A stretch of DNA of 44,289 nt. Origin: Polaromonas sp. (GTDB lineage Bacteria > Pseudomonadota > Gammaproteobacteria > Burkholderiales > Burkholderiaceae_C). Both the position numbers and the translations under genes were made by a program. Where the stretch lies: contig JANNXF010000120.1 of assembly GCA_031409395.1 (NCBI GenBank), forward strand, positions 1 to 44,289, in the 5' to 3' direction. Of the stretch, positions 32,265 to 41,369 are shown in pieces. Numbering within the stretch: the first letter of the stretch is position 1; every line of letters begins with the position of its first letter. The notes under the pieces are model-generated. The model was given only the letters and a program-made list of their open reading frames with translations, was not told the DNA's origin and did no database searches.

Positions 32265-33236
32265 ATGGACCGAAAAATTGTCTTGAAAAGTGCGGCAGCC
32301 ATCGCCGTGGTGAGCCTGCTGGCGCTGGGCCTGTGGCGCGCATCGCAGCCGCCGCCGCAGGTTTTCCAGGGGCAGATGGAAGCGCGGGAAACCGATATTG
32401 CGCCCAAGGTCACCGCACGGATTGCGCAGGTGCTGGTCAAGGAAGGCGATCAGGTGGCCCAGGGCGCGCTGCTGATGCGCACTGACAGCCCCGAAGTCGC
32501 GGCCAGACTGGTGCAGGCGACTGCCGCGCAGCAGGCCGCGCAAGCGGTGGCCGACAAGGCCCAAAACGGCACCCGCCCGCAAGAACTGGAGATGGCCCGT
32601 TTGCAATGGCAGCGCGCCCAGGCTGCGGCCGACCTGGCCCAGACCTCGTTCCGGCGCGTTGACGGCCTGGCCCGCGATGGCTTGGTCGCCGATCAAAAAC
32701 GCGACGAGGCCGAGGCCAATTTCAAGACATCGCGCGACCAGGCGGCCTCCGCCAAGGCGCAGTACGACATGGCGCGCGTGGGTGCCCGCGCCGAGGACAA
32801 GGCAGCGGCCAGCGCGCAGGCGCGCCAGGTGGCTGGCGTGGTTGCCGAGGTAGAGGCCGCCAGGGCCGAAACCGAACTGAGAAGCCCGGTGGCCGGTGAA
32901 GTCGCCAAGGTGCTGGCCAAAGTCGGCGAGCTGTCGCCGCAAGGGGTTGCCGTGGTGACGGTGGTGGACCTGAAAGACCAATGGGTGGTTCTCAATGTGC
33001 GAGAAGAGCACTTGCAGCGCTTTGCCAAAGGCACCGAGTTTGACGCGCAGTTGCCCGCGCTGGGCCACAAGACCGTGCGCTTCGCCGTGTTTTACAGCGC
33101 GGCCCTGCCTGACTTCGCCACCTGGAGGGCCACACGCGCCGGCCAGGGGTTTGATGCGCGCACGTTTGAGGTCAGGGCCAGGCCGCTGGCACCGATTGAT
33201 GGTGCGCGCCCCGGCATGAGTGTGCTGGTCCAGTAA
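32265..33236 (+). CDS. HlyD-family membrane fusion protein
   Basis: N-terminal TM, VLVKEGDQV and LRSPVAGEV lipoyl half-motifs, DFATWRAT, RPGMSV. Confidence 0.92.
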   Translation: MDRKIVLKSAAAIAVVSLLALGLWRASQPPPQVFQGQMEARETDIAPKVTARIAQVLVKEGDQVAQGALLMRTDSPEVAARLVQATAAQQAAQAVADKAQNGTRPQELEMARLQWQRAQAAADLAQTSFRRVDGLARDGLVADQKRDEAEANFKTSRDQAASAKAQYDMARVGARAEDKAAASAQARQVAGVVAEVEAARAETELRSPVAGEVAKVLAKVGELSPQGVAVVTVVDLKDQWVVLNVREEHLQRFAKGTEFDAQLPALGHKTVRFAVFYSAALPDFATWRATRAGQGFDARTFEVRARPLAPIDGARPGMSVLVQ

Positions 33237-33260
33237 CAACGGACATATCGGGCACTAACC

Positions 33261-34445
33261 ATGGGTTTTGCGCAGGCTCTTGTGAACAGCGCGCGCCGCG
33301 AAGCGGCCTGGCTACGCCACAACCCGTGGGACCTGGCCATGATCTCCTGGGTGCCGCTGCTTGCCGTGGCCCTGCTCTGGTGGATATTTTCGGCGGGCCT
33401 GCCCACGCTGTTGCCTATTGGGGTTCTGGACGAAGACCATTCGGCCTTGTCACGCCAGGTGGTGCGCTTTCTGGATGCAACGCCTGGCCTGCGGGTGGCA
33501 CGCACTTACAGCGACACTGCCGAAGCCACGCGGGCCCTGCGCCGCACCGAGGTTTACGCAGTGGTCAGCATTCCGCGCGACTTTTCACGCCATGTCAAAC
33601 GTGGCGAGGCCGGGCAGGTCACCCTGCTGCACAACGCCCAGCTGGGCACGCATTCGGGCCTGATCCAGCGCGATGTTCGCACCGCCATCGCAACCCTGTC
33701 GGCGGGTGTTGAGCTGGCGGCCCGCAACAAGCGCGGCGAGCCGGCGCTGGCGACCCGGGTCTCGATGGAGCCCATCAAGGCCGACCTGTTCACGCTGTTC
33801 AACACCTCGCTGAATTACGAGCAGTTTCTGGCGGCCGCCCTGATTCCGGCTGTTTTGCATATTCTGGCCATGACAGCCGGCGCCTGGGCGGTGGGCCGCG
33901 AACTGCGCGATGGTACCCTGCGCGACTGGATCCACCCCGAGGCGGGATGGCTTGCCACTGGCGGTGCGCTGGCAGGCAAGCTGGCCTGGCCGCTGCTGGG
34001 CCTGGGCAGCGTCGCCACCCTGGCATTGCTCTGGATCACCTGGGGCCGTGGCTGGTATCCACAGGGGTCGCTGGCATGGGTCGCACTGGGCTTGCTGGCT
34101 TTTCTGGCGCTGTCGCTGGCCATGGGCGCTATTGCTGCGGCAGGGACACGCTCATTGCGCACCGCCTTGTCGGTGACCGGTTTCATCACCGCACCGGCCT
34201 TTGCCTTTAGCGGTGTCGGCTTCCCGCTGCAGTCCATGCCGGTGCTGGCGCGCGGCTGGGCCGAACTGCTGCCGTATACACACTACATCCGCCTGCAAAT
34301 GGAACAGTTGCAAATGGCGGCACCCCTGCGCTATTCATTGCCGACCCTTTTGGGCACGGTGTTGGCTGCCCTGGCCTTGCTGCTGGTCTGCCTGCCGCTG
34401 CTGCAGCGCAGCGCTGGACAGCCGGCCACCTGGGGCGCCCGATGA
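33261..34445 (+). CDS. ABC-2 type permease (YbhS/YhhJ-like)
   Basis: LPIGVLDEDHSALSR, FNTSLNY, FSGVGFP, LPYTHY. Confidence 0.88.
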   Translation: MGFAQALVNSARREAAWLRHNPWDLAMISWVPLLAVALLWWIFSAGLPTLLPIGVLDEDHSALSRQVVRFLDATPGLRVARTYSDTAEATRALRRTEVYAVVSIPRDFSRHVKRGEAGQVTLLHNAQLGTHSGLIQRDVRTAIATLSAGVELAARNKRGEPALATRVSMEPIKADLFTLFNTSLNYEQFLAAALIPAVLHILAMTAGAWAVGRELRDGTLRDWIHPEAGWLATGGALAGKLAWPLLGLGSVATLALLWITWGRGWYPQGSLAWVALGLLAFLALSLAMGAIAAAGTRSLRTALSVTGFITAPAFAFSGVGFPLQSMPVLARGWAELLPYTHYIRLQMEQLQMAAPLRYSLPTLLGTVLAALALLLVCLPLLQRSAGQPATWGAR

Positions 34446-35575
34446 GGGGCGCCACCGGTGATTTGTTGCGGGCATGGCGACAGACGCTGGAGGCCGTTGC
34501 CGGTGACAAGGGGGTGCTGCTGATCATGGTGCTGGCGCCCCTGCTGTACGGATTTTTTTACCCCTGGCCGTACGCGAATCAGGCCGTGACACGCGTGCCC
34601 GTCGCGGTGGTTGACCACGACCACAGCAGCCTGTCGCGGCAGGTGACACGCTTCGCCCAGGCCAGCCCGCGCCTGGACGTTCGCATGGTGACAGGCGACG
34701 AGGGCGAGGCCAGGGATGCGCTGTGGCGAGGCGACATTGAGGGCTACGCCCTGTTGCCGCGCGACCTCAGGCGCGACGTGTTGCGGGGCAGCCGGGTCGT
34801 GGTCACCATCGAGGCCAACGGCAGCTATGCGCTTCTCAACAAAGCCGTGCTCTATGGCTTTTCCGAGGCAGCAGGCACGGTGTCTGCCGGTGTCGAGGTC
34901 AAAAAACTGCAGGCCGGTGGCCAGAGCGCACTGCAAGCCCAGGCCAGTCGCAACCCGGTCAATGTCCAGATGGTGGCGCTCTTCAATCCGACCGAAGGGT
35001 ATGGCAGCTACGTGGTGCCGGCCGTTGCGCTGATCATCATCCAGCAGACCTTGCTGATGGGTGTTGGCATGCTGACAGGCCTGTGGGCCGAAACCGGGCA
35101 ACACCGTGCCAACGCCGCAACCTGGCTGGGCCGTGTCCTCGGCTTTTCCACCATCGGCTATGCCAGCGGGCTGCTGTACTTTGGCTGGATCTTCCTGGCG
35201 CAGGATTTCCCGCGCGGCGCCAATACCAGCGGCGCTCTGTTGCTGCTGGCGCTGTATGTGCCGGCCATCTGCACGCTGGGCTCTTTGCTGGGGGTCTGGT
35301 GCGGCAACCGGGAGCGCGCGTTGCAGGTGCTGCTGTTCACGGCACTGCCCATGGCTTTTGTCTCCGGCTTCTCCTGGCCGGCAGAGGCTATGCCAGAAGC
35401 CCTGCAAATGCTGCGCTGGCTGTTTCCGAGCACGGCCGGCATCCAGGCGTCGCTCAGGCTGAACCAGATGGGCGCGCCGCTGGCCGACGTGGCCGGTCTG
35501 CTGGCCGTCCTGCTGGTGCTGGCCATGTCAGCTGCGGCACTGCTTTTGCGCCTGACGCGACCAGCGAAGACCTGA
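34442..35575 (+). CDS. ABC-2 type permease (YbhR/YhhJ-like)
   Basis: VPVAVVDHDHSSLSR, FNPTEGY, SGFSWP; ATGA overlap. Confidence 0.88.
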   Translation: MRGATGDLLRAWRQTLEAVAGDKGVLLIMVLAPLLYGFFYPWPYANQAVTRVPVAVVDHDHSSLSRQVTRFAQASPRLDVRMVTGDEGEARDALWRGDIEGYALLPRDLRRDVLRGSRVVVTIEANGSYALLNKAVLYGFSEAAGTVSAGVEVKKLQAGGQSALQAQASRNPVNVQMVALFNPTEGYGSYVVPAVALIIIQQTLLMGVGMLTGLWAETGQHRANAATWLGRVLGFSTIGYASGLLYFGWIFLAQDFPRGANTSGALLLLALYVPAICTLGSLLGVWCGNRERALQVLLFTALPMAFVSGFSWPAEAMPEALQMLRWLFPSTAGIQASLRLNQMGAPLADVAGLLAVLLVLAMSAAALLLRLTRPAKT

Positions 35576-35577
35576 TT

Positions 35578-35632
35578 CACTATTAAATCAATAGCATACT
35601 AATTAGCAAGTACGTGGGCTATCACCTGTTTT
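35578..35632 (+). repeat. Family A repeat, degenerate copy 5
   Basis: caCTATtaaatcaATAGC...GGGCt..tttt with CTAT, ATAGC and GGGC at the same offsets; middle decayed. Confidence 0.5.
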
Positions 35633-35686
35633 TCCGAAAGAAAATCCTGCAGCTTGTTTCTGACTGGTTTGACGCAAAATCAGGGC

Positions 35687-37120
35687 ATGCAGCTCAACTA
35701 CATCGCCAACGCATCCGTCCCCTCTTCGTCAGGCAAAACCATTCCCGTCATCGATCCGTCGGACGGCCGGGTTTTTGACGAAATCCAGCGCAGCAACGCA
35801 CACGACATTGATGCCGCCGTACGCAGTGCGGCAGATTGCCTGGAACTGGTCTGGAGCCGTCTGACCGCCGCAGAACGGGGCCGTCTCTTGATGCGCCTGT
35901 CGGCCAAGGTATCCGAGCACGCCGAAGAGCTGGCGCTGCTGGAGCAGCGCGACTGCGGCAAACCGACCAAACAGGCGCGGGCTGACGCCACGGCCCTGGC
36001 CCGCTATTTTGAGTTTTATGCGGGCGCCTGCGACAAGCTGCACGGCGACACCCTGCCCTACCTTGACGGTTACAGCGTGATGACCTGGCGCGAACCGCAC
36101 GGTGTGACAGGCCATGTGATTCCCTGGAACTACCCGATGCAGATTTTTGGCCGCAGCGTGGGTGGTGCGCTGGCGGCGGGCAATGTGTGTGTCGTCAAGC
36201 CCGCTGAAGACGCCTGCCTGAGCCTGATCCGTGTGGCGCAGCTCGCCACTGAGGTGGGGTTTCCGGCTGGCGCCATCAATATCGTGACGGGCTATGGCCA
36301 CGAGGTGGGCGATGCCCTGGCCCGCCACCCGGGCATTGACCACATCAGCTTCACCGGCAGCCCGTCGGTCGGCACACTGATTCAGCAGGTGGCGGCAGAG
36401 CGCCATTGCCCGGTCACGCTGGAGTTGGGCGGTAAAAGCCCTCAAATTGTGTTTGCGGACGCCGACCTGGACACAGCCCTTCCAGCCATCGTCAACGCCA
36501 TCGTGCAAAACGCTGGGCAAACCTGTTCGGCAGGCTCACGCTTGCTGGTGGCACACAGCATTTACGAGCCCCTGCTGGAACGCCTGGGCCAGGCCTTTGA
36601 AAACCTGCGGGTGGGCCCGGCCGCCCTGGACCTGGACCTGGGCCCGCTGATCCGGCAGAGCCAGCAGCAGCGCGTCTGGGATTTCCTGAGCGACGCGCAG
36701 GTCGCCAACATCCCCATGGTGGCGCAGGGCCAGATTGTGGACGAAGCCCCTGACACCGGGTTTTACCAGGCCCCCACCCTGCTGCGCGATGTGCCGGTGA
36801 TGCACCGGCTGGCGCAAGAAGAAGTCTTTGGCCCGGTGCTGTGCGCCATGAGCTTCCAGGACGAAGACCACGCCGTTGAACTGGCCAACGCCACCCGCTT
36901 CGGGCTGGTCGCCGGTATCTGGACGCGCGACGGCGCGCGCCAGTTCCGCATGGCCAAACACGTGAAAAGTGGCCAGGTGTTCATCAACAACTACGGCGCC
37001 GGTGGCGGTGTGGAACTGCCCTTTGGCGGCGTCAAGTCCTCAGGCTATGGACGCGAAAAAGGTTTTGAGGCGCTGTATGGCTTCACCACGCTGAAGACGG
37101 TGGCCGTGCGGCACGGCTGA
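35687..37120 (+). CDS. Aldehyde dehydrogenase
   Basis: IPWNYP, KPAE, FTGS, LELGGKSP, GQTCSA, EEVFGPV, PFGGVKSSG; start ATG 35687. Confidence 0.95.
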   Translation: MQLNYIANASVPSSSGKTIPVIDPSDGRVFDEIQRSNAHDIDAAVRSAADCLELVWSRLTAAERGRLLMRLSAKVSEHAEELALLEQRDCGKPTKQARADATALARYFEFYAGACDKLHGDTLPYLDGYSVMTWREPHGVTGHVIPWNYPMQIFGRSVGGALAAGNVCVVKPAEDACLSLIRVAQLATEVGFPAGAINIVTGYGHEVGDALARHPGIDHISFTGSPSVGTLIQQVAAERHCPVTLELGGKSPQIVFADADLDTALPAIVNAIVQNAGQTCSAGSRLLVAHSIYEPLLERLGQAFENLRVGPAALDLDLGPLIRQSQQQRVWDFLSDAQVANIPMVAQGQIVDEAPDTGFYQAPTLLRDVPVMHRLAQEEVFGPVLCAMSFQDEDHAVELANATRFGLVAGIWTRDGARQFRMAKHVKSGQVFINNYGAGGGVELPFGGVKSSGYGREKGFEALYGFTTLKTVAVRHG

Positions 37121-37190
37121 CGCGTCACCCACCGGACTGGCACCGGTGATGTAATAAGCTCACGTATTACTGAAAATCTGGAGACAACCC

Positions 37191-37952
37191 ATGCGGGTCA
37201 AAGACAAATCCATCATCGTCACAGGCGCGGGTGGCGGTATTGGTGAGGGCATTGCCAGGCGCCTGGCAGCCGAAGGTGCCCACGTGATCGTCAACGACAT
37301 CAACGTGGCCCTGGGCGAGAAAGTGGTGGCTGCCATCGTCAAGGCAGGCGGTACCGCCTCGTTTTTTGCCGCAGACGTCACGAAGTCCGATGAAGTCAAA
37401 GCGCTGGTGGCTACCGCCGTGCAACGCTACGGCAGGCTCGATGTGATGGTCAACAACGCCGGCTGGACGCACCGCAACCAGCCCGCGCTGGAGGTGAGCG
37501 AAGACGACTTCGACAAATGCTACGCCATCAACGTCAAAAGCATTTATCTGGCCACCATTCACGCCACACCGGTGTTCCGCGACCAGGGCGGCGGCAGTTT
37601 TATCAACATTGCCTCGACAGCGGGCGTGCGCCCCCGGCCAGGGCTGACCTGGTACAACGGCTCCAAGGGCGCGGTGATCACCACCTCAAAATCGCTGGCA
37701 GCCGAACTGGGGCCAGACAACATCCGGGTGAACTGCATCAACCCCGTCTTCAATCCGGACACTGGCCTGTCAGTACAATTTGCTGGCGGGTTGATTGACG
37801 ACGCCCGCCGTGCCAAATTTCTCTCCAGCATCCCTCTGGGCCGCTTTTCAACCGCCCTGGATGTAGCCAACGCGGCGCTGTATCTGGCCAGCGACGAGGC
37901 CGAATTCATCAGCGGTGTCTGCATTGAGGTGGACGGCGCACGTTGCGTCTAG
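37191..37952 (+). CDS. SDR-family oxidoreductase
   Basis: TGAGGGIG, NNAG, YNGSK, IRVNCI, VDGA. Confidence 0.95.
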   Translation: MRVKDKSIIVTGAGGGIGEGIARRLAAEGAHVIVNDINVALGEKVVAAIVKAGGTASFFAADVTKSDEVKALVATAVQRYGRLDVMVNNAGWTHRNQPALEVSEDDFDKCYAINVKSIYLATIHATPVFRDQGGGSFINIASTAGVRPRPGLTWYNGSKGAVITTSKSLAAELGPDNIRVNCINPVFNPDTGLSVQFAGGLIDDARRAKFLSSIPLGRFSTALDVANAALYLASDEAEFISGVCIEVDGARCV

Positions 37953-38057
37953 TTTTTTCCGGAATCCTTATGCTGACCTGCTTGTCCCTGGCCTGTCGCC
38001 GCCTGCAAATCCGGCGGCCGGGCTGACAGCGCCGTTTCAAAGTATCACAATGCAGTC

Positions 38058-39194
38058 ATGGCAGAACGAGTGATTCAATTGGTGGACCAGCGCAGTGCGT
38101 CGCGGGCAGCCACCGTTCCCGAACAGCGCATTCCTGCGATTGGCCTGCTGGGCGATCAGCTGGGCCGCCCGCTCAGCGACCTTCGCATCAGCGTCACCGA
38201 CCGCTGCAATTTCCGCTGCAGCTACTGCATGCCCAAGGAAATTTTTGACAAGGACTACCCTTACCTGCCGCACAGCGCCCTGCTGAGTTTTGAAGAGATC
38301 ACCCGGATTGCGCGCCTGTTTGTGGCGCATGGCGTTCACAAAATCCGCCTGACGGGCGGTGAGCCGCTGCTGCGCAAAAACCTCGAGGTGCTGATTGAAC
38401 AGCTGGCCCGTTTGCAAACACCCGACGGCAAGCCGCTGGACATCACGCTGACCACCAATGCCTCACTGCTCGCCAAAAAGGCGCAGTCACTTAAAAACGC
38501 CGGCTTGCAACGCGTTACCGTGAGCCTGGACGGGCTTGACGACGCAGTGTTCCGCGCCATGAACGACGTGGATTTTCCGGTGGCGGAGGTCCTCAAGGGC
38601 ATTGAGGCGGCCAAAGACGCCGGGCTGTTGCACATCAAGGTGAACATGGTGGTCAAGCGCGGCACCAACGACCACCAGATCTTGCCGATGGCGCGCCATT
38701 TTCGCGGTACAGGCGTGACCTTGCGCTTTATTGAGTACATGGACGTAGGCGCCACCAACGGCTGGCGCATGAACGAGGTTTTGCCCTCGGCCGATGTGGT
38801 GCGCCTGATTCAGGCCGAGATGCCACTGCTGCCGCTGGAGCCGAGTGCGCCGGGTGAAACCGCCGAGCGCTGGGGCTATGCCAATGCAGCAGGCAGCCAC
38901 GACACCCGGGCCGGTGAAATCGGCGTCATCAGCAGCGTCACCCAGGCTTTTTGTGGCGACTGCAACCGGGCCCGCCTTTCCACCGAAGGGAAACTCTATC
39001 TCTGCCTGTTTGCCAGCCAGGGCCACGACCTGCGCAGCCTGCTTCGCGGCGGCGCGTCTGACGACGATATTGCGTCGAGCATAGGCCACATCTGGCAGGG
39101 CCGCAGCGACCGCTATTCAGAGCTGCGCAGCAGCCTGCCGGCAGACGCTGGCACCGGTGCGCGGCGGGTCGAGATGAGCTATATCGGCGGCTAG
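38058..39194 (+). CDS. moaA: GTP 3',8-cyclase
   Basis: [34 protein letters not shown]-terminal MSYIGG. Confidence 0.97.
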   Translation: MAERVIQLVDQRSASRAATVPEQRIPAIGLLGDQLGRPLSDLRISVTDRCNFRCSYCMPKEIFDKDYPYLPHSALLSFEEITRIARLFVAHGVHKIRLTGGEPLLRKNLEVLIEQLARLQTPDGKPLDITLTTNASLLAKKAQSLKNAGLQRVTVSLDGLDDAVFRAMNDVDFPVAEVLKGIEAAKDAGLLHIKVNMVVKRGTNDHQILPMARHFRGTGVTLRFIEYMDVGATNGWRMNEVLPSADVVRLIQAEMPLLPLEPSAPGETAERWGYANAAGSHDTRAGEIGVISSVTQAFCGDCNRARLSTEGKLYLCLFASQGHDLRSLLRGGASDDDIASSIGHIWQGRSDRYSELRSSLPADAGTGARRVEMSYIGG

Positions 39195-39320
39195 GAATGC
39201 CCCCGCGTTTGTCATGGCGTGCCATGCCTTTTCCCTGGGAAGGACTGCTTTCCTTCAGGGCAGTCCACAGAAAACCCGCTTTCTTTGCCTTCTTTGCCTT
39301 CTTTATTTGAAACCAAACTT

Positions 39321-39965
39321 GTGACCACCGACACCCACATCCCCCTGCACGTAGAAGCCATCACCGGCGTGATCCTGGCCGGTGGCCGGGGTTCGCGCAT
39401 GGGTGGCGTCGACAAGGGACTGCAAAACTTCAACGGCGTACCGCTGGCCCTGCACACCCTGATGCGCCTGTCGCCGCAGGTCGGCGAGATCATGATCAAT
39501 GCCAACCGCAACCTGGCGGCTTACGAGTCTTTTGGCGTCCCGGTGTGGCCCGACGCCACAGGCCTGGGCGACTACGCCGGGCCACTGGCCGGGTTTCTGA
39601 CCGGCATGGAGCATGTTGAAACGCCCTACATCCTCATGGTGCCCTGCGACACACCGCTGTTTCCCCACGACCTGGTGGCGCGCCTGGCCGAGGCTTTTGT
39701 GCGCGAAGACGCCGACTTCGCTGTTGCCGCCGCGCTGGAAGAAGACGGCCAGTTGCGGGCACAGCCCGTGTTTTGCCTGATGCGCACGACCATGCTGGAA
39801 AGCCTGCTTCGCTTTACGCATGGCGGGGGCCGAAAAATCGACGCCTGGACGGCACTGCACAAAACCGTCACCGTTCCTTTTGACCAGCCAGGCGACGACG
39901 CCCGCGGTTTTTTCAATGCCAACACCCTGGCCGAACTGCACCGGCTGGAAGCGGGACCCGGGTGA
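39321..39965 (+). CDS. mobA: Molybdenum cofactor guanylyltransferase
   Basis: [35 protein letters not shown]. Start uncertain; GTG 39321 chosen. Confidence 0.93.
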   Translation: MTTDTHIPLHVEAITGVILAGGRGSRMGGVDKGLQNFNGVPLALHTLMRLSPQVGEIMINANRNLAAYESFGVPVWPDATGLGDYAGPLAGFLTGMEHVETPYILMVPCDTPLFPHDLVARLAEAFVREDADFAVAAALEEDGQLRAQPVFCLMRTTMLESLLRFTHGGGRKIDAWTALHKTVTVPFDQPGDDARGFFNANTLAELHRLEAGPG

Positions 39966-41338
39966 GCGCGCCGCTTAAAACACTGGACCAGATCGCCGCC
40001 GAACTGCAGGGTTACGATCCGCAGGCGATGTCGGCCAGCGACGTGCTGGCCTTTCTGGCCCAACTGGTGACCCCGGTGACAGACCGCGTGGCGCTGCCCC
40101 TCTTTGAAGCGCTGGGCCGCGTGCTGGCCGACGACGTGATTTCCCCGTTTGACGTGCCGCCCCATGACAACTCGGCCATGGATGGCTATGCGTTTGACGG
40201 CCGGCAACTCGGCGCAAACCCGCTGGACCTTCAGGTTGTGGGCACGGCGCTGGCGGGCAAGGCCTGGCAGGCCCCCGGCGAAGGCCTGGTGAAAGCAGGC
40301 CAGTGCGTCAAGATCATGACGGGTGCCATCATGCCGCAAGGGCTGGACACGGTGGTGCCGCAGGAATTTGTCACGGTGCAACCGGCGGGCCAGCTACCGG
40401 CTGTTTCTATCCCGCCGGGTTTGCTGGCGGCAGGCGACAACCGACGCCTGCGCGGAGAAGACCTCATGCAGGGCAAACCGGCGCTCCTGAAAGGTGAGCT
40501 GCTGACGCCCGCCCGTCTTGGGCTGGCGGCCTCTTTGGGCCTCAAAACACTGCCGTGCTGGCGACCGCTGCGGGTGGCCTACTTTTCCACTGGCGACGAA
40601 ATCCTGTCGCTGGGCGAAGCGCCGCGCGAAGGCGCTGTGTACGACAGCAACCGCTACACCGTGTTTGGCCTGCTCAGCCGCATGGGCTGCCAGGTGATTG
40701 ACCTGGGCGTGGTGCGTGATGAACCTGCCTTGCTGGAGGCCGCGTTCCTGCAGGCTGCAGCGCAGGCGGACGCCGTGATCACCTCGGGCGGTGTGAGTGT
40801 GGGCGAGGCTGATTTCACCAAGACCATGATGAAAAAGCTCGGTGACGTCGCGTTCTGGCGCATTGCCATGCGGCCGGGCCGCCCCATGGCAGTGGGCCGT
40901 ATTTCATCAGCAAAAAATGCTTCTGGCCCAAATAACACGGGCGCAAGCAGCTATGAAAATGATAGCAACTTCAGCCACTCCAGTGACGCCATCCTGTTCG
41001 GCCTGCCCGGCAACCCGGTGGCGGTGATGGTGACGTTTCTGGCTTTTGTGCGCCCGGCCCTGTTGCAGATGATGGGCGCCAGCAGTACACCGCCGCCGCT
41101 GCTCAAGGCGCGCAGCCTTGAGGCCATCCGCAAAAAACCTGGCCGTACCGAATACCAGCGCGGCTGGGTCTCGACCGCTGCCGACGGCAGCCTGCAGGTC
41201 AAAACCACGGGCAGCCAGGGCTCTGGCGTGCTGCGCTCGATGGCCGAGGCCAACGGCCTGATGGTGCTGCACCACGCACAGGGCAATGTCGCTGTCGGTG
41301 ACAGCGTCGATGTGCTGATGTTTGACGGCGTGATCTGA
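39962..41338 (+). CDS. moeA: Molybdopterin molybdotransferase
   Basis: [46 protein letters not shown]. Confidence 0.96.
   Translation: MSAPLKTLDQIAAELQGYDPQAMSASDVLAFLAQLVTPVTDRVALPLFEALGRVLADDVISPFDVPPHDNSAMDGYAFDGRQLGANPLDLQVVGTALAGKAWQAPGEGLVKAGQCVKIMTGAIMPQGLDTVVPQEFVTVQPAGQLPAVSIPPGLLAAGDNRRLRGEDLMQGKPALLKGELLTPARLGLAASLGLKTLPCWRPLRVAYFSTGDEILSLGEAPREGAVYDSNRYTVFGLLSRMGCQVIDLGVVRDEPALLEAAFLQAAAQADAVITSGGVSVGEADFTKTMMKKLGDVAFWRIAMRPGRPMAVGRISSAKNASGPNNTGASSYENDSNFSHSSDAILFGLPGNPVAVMVTFLAFVRPALLQMMGASSTPPPLLKARSLEAIRKKPGRTEYQRGWVSTAADGSLQVKTTGSQGSGVLRSMAEANGLMVLHHAQGNVAVGDSVDVLMFDGVI
40913..40967 (-). repeat. Family A repeat, copy 6, inside moeA
   Basis: Reverse complement TGCTATcattttcATAGCTGCTTGCGCCCGtgttatttGGGCcagaagcattttt; read as [18 protein letters not shown]. 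Confidence 0.88.
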
Positions 41339-41369
41339 GCGCGCTGGCCAGCGCTTGGCCGGCCCTGGC

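Noticed and set aside
37953-38057. Possible Moco riboswitch upstream of moaA
   Set aside because: Only about 105 nt with one GC-rich hairpin, no recognisable Moco motif, and moaA looks leaderless.
39281-39304. Short TCTTTGCCT tandem upstream of mobA as a phase-variation tract
   Set aside because: Only about 2.5 units of a 9-mer, probably outside the CDS.
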